Assembly: GCA_964019425.1 (NCBI GenBank)
Contig: OZ025781.1
Location: 806,001-870,000, forward strand
From: Flectonema sp. DT1601
Lineage: Eukaryota
Direction of reading: 5' to 3'
Length of the DNA stretch: 64,000 nt
Shown here: piece by piece, positions 46,807 through 56,687 of the stretch
How positions within the stretch are numbered: position 1 is the first letter of the stretch
Layout of the letters: the number at the start of each line of letters is the position of its first letter
Position numbers and translations under genes: made by a program
Notes under the pieces: generated by a model
Seen by the model: the letters and a program-made list of their open reading frames with translations, nothing else
Databases searched by the model: none
Told to the model about the DNA's origin: nothing

Positions 46807-47903
46807 ATGAGTATTAAAGTATCGTATCAGATAATTGAAAGTTTAAAATACTCCAACAATGATGAAGTAAAGGAACATTGCTATCAACTATGTGAGAAGT
46901 TCACTGAACTTAGACCAAGCAGCGCAGTAATCGGTGATGGAAGTCTGGCTTTGAGATTTGATGGAAGGATTCGTTTTGGTATCAGAGGTTCAGTTCAGAT
47001 TGCGATTTGGGTTCCGAAAGGATATCCAGAGATGCCTCCGATTGTTTATATTCTTCCAGAGAGAATGATAATAAATGGCTATCAATCAAAACTTTCATCT
47101 GACGGTATTTACAACTTCAAATGGAATGAAATACGAAACCTCATAAATCTAATCAACGACATGGTCTCTAACTTCTCAATCACAACTCCAGTCTTTGACG
47201 TTCTACCAGATGACAATATCATCCCACCAGAAGAACGTCAGGAATATTACGAACAACTTAATAATAATCAACGGCGGTATTCTTCTTTTACTAACGAATC
47301 ACAACTCCGTCATCATCTTTATGAAGAGCTCTCTAGTAGAGCTACAAGATTTCGTTCACTAATAAAAGTTTGTACTTTTTCCTTTGTTGAGTTTGTTTTA
47401 AAGAACCGTTCAGAAGATTGTAAAAAAAAACAAAAAAAATAATCAGATTCACGTAGAACGAAATGTATCAAAACTGGAGGTGATATCTCCGTCGGTGTCT
47501 TCTAACAACGACATCCTCGCTCAGGCTGAAGACGAAGTGAATCGTTTGAAAAATGAAATCACTTTAACGAGGAGTTATTTGAATCGTAATAAACAAAAAC
47601 TCTCCGATTACAATGAAACTAAAGATACAGAAAATGAAATAGAATGTCAGCTTCAGGAATCACTCGCTGAAATGAGATCCAACGATGATCTGGTATGCGA
47701 ATAATATTATTATTATCAAATATTATAATGAAAACTATTTTAATAATTCAAATTTATATCAAAAACAGATTTATCTTTACGACAAGCTGCTGTCACTGAA
47801 ATCTATTTCCGCAGCTTCATACATTGCGAAGGTGAGAGAGACGGCTGCTAGTAATTGCTTGCTGCAGTTATTGATTATTAAAATAAATAAAAACACTATG
47901 TGA
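46807..47903 (+). CDS. VPS23: ESCRT-I Vps23/TSG101-like protein; join(46807..47367,47447..47692,47769..47903), ~313 aa
   Basis: UEV domain (IAIWVPKGYPEMPPIVYI...DGIY...W...NLINLI...FSITTPV), coiled coil, and a steadiness-box-like end (DDL|IYLYDKLL...ISAASYIAKVRE). Two phase-0 introns join three ORFs in frame. Confidence 0.8.
47368..47446 (+). other. Intron, 79 nt
   Basis: GTTTGT...AATCAG; frame preserved. Confidence 0.8.
47693..47768 (+). other. Intron, 76 nt
   Basis: GTATGC...AAAAACAG; restores the Vps23 core motif. Confidence 0.85.
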
Positions 47904-48327
47904 GTCTACTTGTATCGAAGTCGACCTGAAATAAATGTTTAGAGTTAAGTCACGAATATCTACAAATGCAGCTGCTTTATTTAAAGTAGTTCCCCCACCT
48001 CGTGTAGCAATTCTGCCATGCGGGGGAAAAAATTTCAATTATTTCCGTCAATTATTTGCTCAATTAGTTATCCTTTTTGTTTTGTTCTTTTTTTTTTTTT
48101 TTTTTTCCCTATTTTCTCACTCACCTTCTTATGGTTTTCTCTAGCTTTTTTTGCCTCATTTACTGGGGTGACAGAACCATATTTTAGTGGGTTAGACTTC
48201 ACCCGCTGGATAAAGTGATCGACTTGACTTGTCTTTAATAAGAACAGCAGCTGGAGACTAGAATCAGATTTTTGTTTATCAACTTAAATACTTTTATAAA
48301 TAATTCTTCTTTAGTTACACAAATAAC

Positions 48328-48546
48328 ATGACCTGGTCAGCAATATATAACGGAGTTGGTGGAGGTTATTGTATTCAAACAAAGGGAAATCCAGGAACTA
48401 TCACTGCAGATGTTCGACAGGAAACGTGTGCCCGACGTGGGTTTCGATACAAACAAAACAGAGGACCACTTGACGTATCTCATGGTGGTACGAAGTACTG
48501 TGTTGATTTAGGATGTCACAATGCTACTAGTGCTGCAGGTGTTTAA
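48328..48546 (+). CDS. Candidate 72-aa Gly/Cys-containing microprotein
   Basis: ATG 13 nt after the TTCTTCTTTAG acceptor; coding-like composition without homopolymers; no family recognised. Confidence 0.45.
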   Translation: MTWSAIYNGVGGGYCIQTKGNPGTITADVRQETCARRGFRYKQNRGPLDVSHGGTKYCVDLGCHNATSAAGV

Positions 48547-48916
48547 TAAGAAACTGACATCACTTCAATACATTAGTTGATTATTGCACTCTTTTAGTCT
48601 GACCAAAAGTTACACTGCAGTTGTGTCCTCATCGAGTCATGTGGAAGTTTTTTTTTTTTTATTTTGTCAAATTTGGTGATGAGAATTTATTTCGTCCGGA
48701 CAATCAACATGACGAACCTGTTGATGACATCATCTGTGGAGGTCACAAGCAATACAATAATTACATATTTATGCAGCAACGAAATGAGACATCAATTGAC
48801 TTCTAACATTATTGTTAGGGACTAGAATACAACCAGTCTGGGGGTTAGAATGTTTCTTATAGGAAGGCTACTAAGAATATCATTTCTAATTTTTTAAATA
48901 GGTGCCGGAAGTCAAC

Positions 48917-50312
48917 ATGTCGCAACAACTTCCTTTTATTAAACTTTACAATGGCAGAGGTAAGAAAGTCATTCGACACAAGAATGTGACGGAAGACATG
49001 TTTTGGCTTTTAGAGAGCGGGCTATTAAAAGATATTTCTGTCGAAAGTGAGAATGGAAAAGTAAAATACAGCGCTCACAAGTCAGTTTTAAGTGCCAGGA
49101 TACCTCATTTTAGGAGGAGGCTCTCTCGTGCAGAGCGTTCTGGAGAAGAAATTTCCGTATTTAAACTTCCAAACATTACGACTCCTGTGATGCAATACTT
49201 TTTATGTTTCGTGTATTGTGGTCATCTGGGTATCAAGGCTGGGCTTAGAGAAGAAGAAGCTAAACAGCTGGTGGAGATATCAAATGTTGTTATGTTACCT
49301 GAATTGGCATTCTTTGCTTCTGAGATGTGTCCTTTTATTATGTTGGGAGACAGTCCAGGTGGTGGTGTGTCGATGCCGTTTCCTTGTCTGTCGGATGTCA
49401 AGACACCAGAAGTTGAAACAACTCCACCAGGTACTCCTCCTCTCCTGACGTTATCTCCAAATTCAAAAATTCCAAAACCTCAGCAGACCTTTGCGGGTGA
49501 TATTTTAAATTTAGTTAGCGATCCTTTCAACAGTAATGTTATTATATCGTATCCAGACACAGAAGGTGTGAAAGATATCAAATCAAACTCTTCATTTCTT
49601 GTTGCGAGATGTCCATTCTTCGAACATCAAATATGTGGAGAATGGAATATCGAAGTTGATGAGAAAAGTGGTAGAAAGATCTGTCCAATGGATCCAAACG
49701 TTGTTCCTTACTCGGTACTACTTGACGTTCTCAGGTATGTAATATGATAATGTTGTGGTGTTTGTTTATTAGTAGTGTTAGACTAACTTAGTATTAATTA
49801 AAAACAGGTACCTTGCGACTGATTCCTTGGAGTGGCTCACTAGTGCTGATCAGAATAAGTTAGAAATCTTACTGAGAGCAGCTGACTATCTAATGCTGGA
49901 AGAACTTTCTATCGCAGTTGAGAATCATCTGATCGAACATATCAACGTGGAGTCGTTGCTCTCGGTTTGGAATTTGGGATGCACTTTACAATCGGAGACA
50001 ACTTGTGAGACTTGCATTCGCTATTTTGTAAATAACTTTACCCTCTGTGTGAATTCTGATGGATTCTTTGACCTACCACACGAGTTCATTAGAAAGTCTC
50101 TTCACACTGGTGAGCTAACCAACTCAACCTCAACAGTAATTGAAGCTATTGATCGATGGGCTCACAAACAGAGTGATGATCCAATCACAGTAAAGAAACT
50201 GTTATACGAGTTGATGCCTCCATCAACGATGTTTAATAAAGAAATCAGACAAATGGTACTCGGATTCCCACTTTCGGGACCTGGGGATCTTCCTGCGATG
50301 TTCTTCAAATGA
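48917..50312 (+). CDS. Tandem BTB/POZ plus BACK-like protein (cullin-3 adaptor-like); join(48917..49734,49808..50312), ~440 aa
   Basis: BTB1 DISVE...YSAHKSVLSARIPHF...FLCFVYCG. BTB2 LVARCPFF...LLDVLR|YLATD...LLRAADYLMLEEL. BACK-like CIRYFVNNF...FFDLP. Confidence 0.85.
49735..49807 (+). other. Intron, 73 nt (phase 2)
   Basis: AG|GTATGT...AAAACAG|G; restores the BTB motif VLRYLATD. Confidence 0.85.
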
Positions 50313-51378
50313 TCAAATATTTTTATTGTTTCTCTTTTCATGTTCAATACTACCCGACAATGTGTAGCAAACAAAGTTAGGTAGAAGAAATACAAACAGC
50401 ACGCAATGAGCTCTCTTTTTTGGGTATGGACCCTTTCTTTGTATTATTATTTATAGTTTTTGATATCTGTTGATATTTCTGATGTCATCCTTCCCTCCTT
50501 TGTCTTCTCTGCAATTACTTTCTTGAAGGTACTTCTGTCTCCTTCTCTTTTTCCCCAATAAAACAATATTGTTGTAGGAGTGGTGTTGATCAGAAGAAGG
50601 TTTATGACCTTAGCTGAGCACACCATTCTGATTAACTAAACTTCGATGGTATTAAAATATTCGATATATCAACAGTACGGTACAGCTTTAGAAGTAATGC
50701 TTTCTTTATTGACAGCTTACGAATTATTATTAAATTCCAAAAAATATATATTTGAAAGACGTAACTCGATTACGGTTAATTTCTGAACCGTGAAAAAAAA
50801 ATGAAAAGGAAAAAGAAAAAATGGATTCAACAAACTTCTATGCGACTTGGTTTACCAAACGAGAAAAAAAATAATAAAAAAAAAATTAGTTTTAAGTTCC
50901 CGCAGTGGACTCGTGAGAAGCTTTTTATGTTTCTTATGAAAGAAATGTGTCTTTTTGACTTTGCTCGTTCCCAGCAGTCGCAGCTATTCTAACTGATACT
51001 AACTTGGTACGCTGTGATATGTTTTATTTATAACATCGTTTTGATGTTTTTTTGTTGGTTTTCGTCTTTTGAGACAAACAGCCGGCTTCCTTAATGATCC
51101 TTTCTAACTCATCGTGTTAATGGTCGCCTTGTGTTGTGTTCTCCCACTCCCACTCTAGTTCCTCTCATTGACAACAGTAGTTGATAAGTTGTAAGCACTC
51201 AGAAGTTACTACTTTACCTGTTTCAGTTCTCAGTTATGTTTTTGATTCTTCAGTCAGAACAGTGCCATGGATGCAGAACAAAACAACTGAACAGCTGCAA
51301 TCTCTTCCTGCATTCTTTACTTTATTAAAGAGACTAAACCAAACGCAATAAAAGCAGCCATTTCTGCAGAACCTAAAT

Positions 51379-52272
51379 ATGGAAAGAAGGATCTTTCGGG
51401 TAGCTGTCGCACAACTTCGGGTGACAAATCAAAAGGATGCGAACCTCGATGTTGTGAGGAAGCTGACGAAAGAAGCAAAGCAAAAGGAATGTGAAATGAT
51501 ATTCTTTCCTGAGAATGTTGATTTTATTGGAGACGGTAAAGAAGAGACGCTTAAGTTGAGTGAACCCCTCGAAGGGAAGACAATCAACGAATACAAACAG
51601 ATTGCTAAGGAACTAAAGATTTGGATGAATCTCGGAGGAGTCCACGAACTTGTCTCAGAAACAATGATTTCTAACACCCAACTAATTCTAAACAACGAGG
51701 GTGAGATTGTTCAGTCTTATCGAAAAGCTCATTTATTTGATGTTGGACGTTATCGTGAATCGAATTCAACAGTTCCAGGAAGACATTTAAAAGTAGCAGA
51801 CACTCCAATTGGTCGAATTGGTCTAACGACTTGCTATGACCTTCGATTCTCGTATCAATACACAGCCCTCGCTCAGGGAAACTGTCAGATTATAACCGTA
51901 CCGTCAGCCTTTATGGTACCGACAGGTAAAGCTCACTGGCATGTCCTTCTGAAGTCTCGTGCGATTGAAACGCAATGTTTTATTATAGCTTCTGCACAGT
52001 GTGGTGATCATAATGAGAAAAGAACATCATATGGTCACAGTTTAGTAGTTGATCCTTGGGGTAATATTGTATTGGATTTAGAACAACAGTTCAATACTGT
52101 TGGTGTTGTTGATCTCGATTACGGAACGATTACAAAAGCGAGAAGTACTATTCCTATGTTACAACACACTAGAGAGCTATCCTGGGAAGACAATACTATT
52201 CCACTTCCTCTCAGTGGATTTGATTATTCGTCAACAACACAATCAGAAATAAAAGATGCTCAAGTTCTCTAA
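51379..52272 (+). CDS. NIT1: Nitrilase superfamily Nit1-like amidase (deaminated glutathione amidase-like)
   Basis: Glu-Lys-Cys triad in FFPE, YRKAHLFD and TCYDLRF. Nit1-type motifs PSAFMVPTGKAHWHVLLKSRAIETQC, GDHNEKRTSYGHSLVVDPWG. Confidence 0.9.
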   Translation: MERRIFRVAVAQLRVTNQKDANLDVVRKLTKEAKQKECEMIFFPENVDFIGDGKEETLKLSEPLEGKTINEYKQIAKELKIWMNLGGVHELVSETMISNTQLILNNEGEIVQSYRKAHLFDVGRYRESNSTVPGRHLKVADTPIGRIGLTTCYDLRFSYQYTALAQGNCQIITVPSAFMVPTGKAHWHVLLKSRAIETQCFIIASAQCGDHNEKRTSYGHSLVVDPWGNIVLDLEQQFNTVGVVDLDYGTITKARSTIPMLQHTRELSWEDNTIPLPLSGFDYSSTTQSEIKDAQVL

Positions 52273-52434
52273 CTGTTTGATTGTTTACTTTTTTAATCTT
52301 CTTCTACACGTCCACCTGTTGGATGAGAAGTACACTCGAGTGGTGTTTTGTTAATTTGTAAGTTGGAACTGTTAAATAGCTTTTTGGTTGTGATTTTTAT
52401 TTATTTGCATCAGATTGTAAAACTAATTATCAAA

Positions 52435-53544
52435 ATGTCGGACCCGTACACCGTAGCGCAGCCAGCGCACCTCAACGCAAAGCTGCCACAAGTTCTGAAG
52501 ACCAGCATCACTGACTTACTGAAGATTCAGCATCCAATCCTCCTCGCAGGTATGAACAATGTGGCATCAGCACCACTCGCAGCAGCAGTCAGTAATGCTG
52601 GAGGATTAGGTTCTATTGGAGGTGTTACTATGACTCCTGTGATGCTTAGAAAGGAGATCGCTAAGATGCAAGAACTATTAGAAGACAAGACTGCTTTCGG
52701 AGTTGACTTGTTGCTTCCTCAGGTTGGAGGAAGTGCCAGAAAGACCAACACTGACTACACGAATGGAACTCTTCCAGAGTTGGTTGACATCATCATTGAG
52801 AACAAAGCTCGTCTGTTCATCTCTGCTGTCGGAGTCCCACCAAAGTGGGTGGTCGACAAGCTGCACTCGGCTGGTATTTTGGTGATGAACATGTGTGGAC
52901 ACCCAAGACACGTTGACAAGGCAGTTGACGTTGGTGTCGACATCGTGTGCTGTCAGGGATACGAAGGTGGTGGTCACACTGGTGAGATTGGAACACTCGG
53001 TCTGATCCCGATGTGTATTGACCGTGTGAAGGGAAAGACATCCAAGCTTCACGGAGGTCCAATCCACGTGATCGCTGCTGGTGGTATCTTCGATGGTAGA
53101 GGAGTTGCCGCCTGCCTCGCTTTAGGAGCTGAGGCGTGTTGGGTAGGAACTCGTTTCATCGCAAGTGTTGAGGCGACTACTTCCAAGCGTCACAAGGACG
53201 CGGTATTAAAGTCGGGAGCTACGGACACCATTCGAACAATTATTTACAGCGGTAGACCAATGAGAGTAATTAAAACTGATTACGTCATGGGTTGGGAAAA
53301 CAATCGCCAGGAGGAGATCCGCAGTCTCACTTCTCAGGGAATTCTTCCAATCAAACACGATGGACTTGCCCACAGAAAGGCCAAGAAGCCATTCAGCCTG
53401 GCGAAGGTTTACCCGATGCTTGTCGGACAGGCATGTGGAGGTGTGACTGAAATCAAGCCAGCTCTTGAGATTGTTAATGAGCTCGTAACTGACTCAGCTG
53501 CTATTCTCAGGCAGAAGACTAAACTTCTCGTCGCAAAGCTGTAG
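52435..53544 (+). CDS. Nitronate monooxygenase / 2-nitropropane dioxygenase family flavoenzyme, copy 1 (369 aa, ends AKL)
   Basis: HPILLAGM, LAAAVSNAGGLG, QGYEGGGHTG, IAAGGIFDGRGVAACLALGA, WVGTRF. Start set by alignment with copy 2. Confidence 0.92.
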   Translation: MSDPYTVAQPAHLNAKLPQVLKTSITDLLKIQHPILLAGMNNVASAPLAAAVSNAGGLGSIGGVTMTPVMLRKEIAKMQELLEDKTAFGVDLLLPQVGGSARKTNTDYTNGTLPELVDIIIENKARLFISAVGVPPKWVVDKLHSAGILVMNMCGHPRHVDKAVDVGVDIVCCQGYEGGGHTGEIGTLGLIPMCIDRVKGKTSKLHGGPIHVIAAGGIFDGRGVAACLALGAEACWVGTRFIASVEATTSKRHKDAVLKSGATDTIRTIIYSGRPMRVIKTDYVMGWENNRQEEIRSLTSQGILPIKHDGLAHRKAKKPFSLAKVYPMLVGQACGGVTEIKPALEIVNELVTDSAAILRQKTKLLVAKL

Positions 53545-54028
53545 AGCTGATTCTACTTATTGATATCAACTGAGTGAGATTCATAAAGAATCTACTCACG
53601 AGATGTCCAATACGATAACTTGTTGATAATTATTGTTTTAGAGATGTCATCATATCATCTCAAGCTGGGTATTCTCAACAGACGCCACCACGTCTTTGAG
53701 AACCCGGATAGGATCAGTTTTGTGATTCCTTGATCTCTATTATTCGATTCTATGTTGTGCCATTTTGGATAACCGATTAGAAATACTCTAAAACAGTGAT
53801 TTTATAACGGAAGAAAGAAATATAATGAAAAATTAAAAAAAAATAAGATTTGAAAACCAAAGTAAACAACAATTAAAGTTTTATGTGTATTGTTGTTGGG
53901 CATTTTCTTTCCCTTTTAGCAATTGTGATTCTTGGTTTTAATCTACTTTTGCCAAACTTAAACACTGAAAGACGGCGTATTACAACATTTTTCCAATCCT
54001 TAGGATTCTCAGGAAAAAACAAATTAAA

Positions 54029-55138
54029 ATGTCGGACCCGTACACCGTAGCGCAGCCAGCGCACCTCAACACGAAGCTGCCACAAATTCTAAAGACCAGC
54101 ATCACTGACTTACTGAAGATTCAGCATCCAATCCTCCTCGCAGGTATGAACAATGTGGCATCAGCACCACTCGCAGCAGCAGTCAGTAATGCTGGAGGAT
54201 TAGGTTCTATTGGAGGTGTTACTATGACTCCTGTGATGCTTAGAAAGGAGATCGCTAAGATGCAAGAACTATTAGAAGACAAGACTGCTTTCGGAGTTGA
54301 CTTGTTGCTTCCTCAGGTTGGAGGAAGTGCCAGAAAGACCAACACTGACTACACGAATGGAACTCTTCCAGAGCTGGTTGACATCATCATTGAGAACAAA
54401 GCTCGTCTGTTCATCTCTGCTGTCGGAGTCCCACCAAAGTGGGTGGTCGACAAGCTGCACTCGGCTGGTATTTTGGTGATGAACATGTGTGGACACCCAA
54501 GACACGTTGACAAGGCAGTTGACGTTGGTGTCGACATCGTGTGCTGTCAGGGATACGAAGGTGGTGGTCACACTGGTGAGATTGGAACACTCGGTCTGAT
54601 CCCGATGTGTATTGACCGTGTGAAGGGAAAGACATCCAAGCTTCACGGAGGTCCAATCCACGTGATCGCTGCTGGTGGTATCTTCGATGGTAGAGGAGTT
54701 GCCGCCTGCCTCGCTCTAGGAGCTGAAGCGTGTTGGGTAGGAACTCGTTTCATCGCAAGTGTTGAGGCGACTACTTCCAAGCGTCACAAGGACGCGGTAT
54801 TAAAGTCGGGAGCTACGGACACCATTCGAACACTAATTTACAGCGGTAGACCAATGAGAGTAATTAAAACTGATTACGTCATGGGTTGGGAAAACAATCG
54901 TCAGGAGGATATCCGCAGAATGACTTCTGATGGAATTCTTCCGATCCAACACGATGGGCTTACCCACTTGAAGGCTAAGAAGCCATTCAGCCTGGCGAAG
55001 GTTTACCCGATGCTTGTCGGACAGGCATGTGGAGGTGTGACTGAAATCAAGCCAGCTCTTGAGATTGTTAATGAGCTCGTAACTGAATCTGCCACAATTC
55101 TCAGGCAGAAGACTAAACTTCTCGTCGCAAAGATGTAG
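54029..55138 (+). CDS. Nitronate monooxygenase family flavoenzyme, copy 2 (369 aa, ends AKM)
   Basis: Same motifs; 13 amino-acid differences from copy 1. Confidence 0.92.
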   Translation: MSDPYTVAQPAHLNTKLPQILKTSITDLLKIQHPILLAGMNNVASAPLAAAVSNAGGLGSIGGVTMTPVMLRKEIAKMQELLEDKTAFGVDLLLPQVGGSARKTNTDYTNGTLPELVDIIIENKARLFISAVGVPPKWVVDKLHSAGILVMNMCGHPRHVDKAVDVGVDIVCCQGYEGGGHTGEIGTLGLIPMCIDRVKGKTSKLHGGPIHVIAAGGIFDGRGVAACLALGAEACWVGTRFIASVEATTSKRHKDAVLKSGATDTIRTLIYSGRPMRVIKTDYVMGWENNRQEDIRRMTSDGILPIQHDGLTHLKAKKPFSLAKVYPMLVGQACGGVTEIKPALEIVNELVTESATILRQKTKLLVAKM

Positions 55139-55722
55139 AGCAGCTGTAACTTTACAATACACATATCATTGAATTGTTTTTATGATTACTTGTGGTATTC
55201 TTTCAAATGTTAAGTCAGGTTGCTGTCATCGCATATGACGAAGTCTCAAACCCTTTTATTGTTTTTATTACTTTTCATTTTGAAGGAACCATCGTCTCCT
55301 TAGAATTCGAGTAACGGAATTCTGATTGTGTTTATGAAGAGAAGTTTCTTTTCTTTGCTTTGTTGTCTTATTCCTCGCGTACGGAGACGTGCTGGTTGCC
55401 TTTCAAAAAGTGTGTTGTTCCTTTCTGGCGTTAGCTGACAAATAATAGTCTTGTGAGTCTTCCGTTTGATGTTAACCTTTCCGTCCTCTTTTTGTTTCTT
55501 TCGGATTTTTAGTAAGGCGCCACCACGTCTTTAAGAATCACCAGGAAGATAATGTTCCCGTTCTTGTATTCTGTGGGTTCGTTGAGTCTTCACTTTTATT
55601 CAATTTAACAGATGATAACCTGATTGAGTTTCTAACAGAAAAGAGTTGTCGATTTGGAAAACATCCTGTGAGGCAAATAGCAGACTTTATTATCACCCTC
55701 ATTTTCATTATAGAACTCCCAC

Positions 55723-56187
55723 ATGTCAACGGAGGGGGAACGGGCGTTGAAGGTGGTCCTGTTGAGACGCCGTTTGCAGACCGAAGCGCTCGCTTTGATG
55801 GTAAAACATGAGCCGTCTTTGTTAACTAATGTGGTGGAGCTATTTGAAGAATGGAAGGGAAGGGAAGATATTTTGTTACAAGAGTTGAAATTAAAATACA
55901 GCGGTCAGGTAGAGACAGGGTACAGGGCCTTAACAATCGCTGATGCTCCTGATGCACGTCAAGCGAAAGCAACTGTCGCTGAAGCAACAGATGCTGCGCT
56001 TCAAAAGCTTATCGAGATCGACGCTCCACTTCGACTTGCAGCGACGAGAATCCTTTTCTCCCGCTCTTCATCACATTGTAGTAAACCTGATTATTTGAAA
56101 GCTGTTCATCTTATTAATTTCCTAAACGCGTCATCAACGAGACTCCATTCATACTTCACAGCTGAAGGACACGACAGATTCACTTAA
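55723..56187 (+). CDS. Hypothetical protein, 154 aa
   Basis: Coding-like ORF. KHEPSLLTNVVELFEEWKGREDILLQELKLKY resembles a short helical motif common in protist proteins (recalled, not searched). Confidence 0.65.
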   Translation: MSTEGERALKVVLLRRRLQTEALALMVKHEPSLLTNVVELFEEWKGREDILLQELKLKYSGQVETGYRALTIADAPDARQAKATVAEATDAALQKLIEIDAPLRLAATRILFSRSSSHCSKPDYLKAVHLINFLNASSTRLHSYFTAEGHDRFT

Positions 56188-56687
56188 TTAAACCTTTCAC
56201 TGTGAGGTGATATGTATTTATGTGGACAACATGAACTGATCGTACCATTCAACAATCAATTCCTGTCGAAACGAATATGGATAGTCGAGCTCTACTACTA
56301 ATATAGTACGATGTTTTTATTAGAAAAAACTACCAGGGGTGACGCTACCCGATGTCATTACTCTCTTGCGTTGCGATCCAATACCGGTATTTTAATTCTC
56401 GTAGATTCTCCGACAAGAAATAGTTGGTTTTTTTTTTTTTCTTTTTTGAAGGATCTTTTTCAAAAATCTTTTTTTTTAAATGTATCGCTGCAGCTAAAAT
56501 ATGCTTGCCCTTTTTTTAGAATAATTTTTGTTTTGTTATTTCTGTTTAAAATGTCATGTTTTTTAATGTTGTGTTTTTGAGTAGCTCATCTTATAAAACA
56601 GTTTTCTTCACAAAATCTATTGAAGTTCAGAAGGGAATTCTGTTTGTTCAGTTCACTCTAACTTCTCTCAGTTCTTTTAGTAATGAA

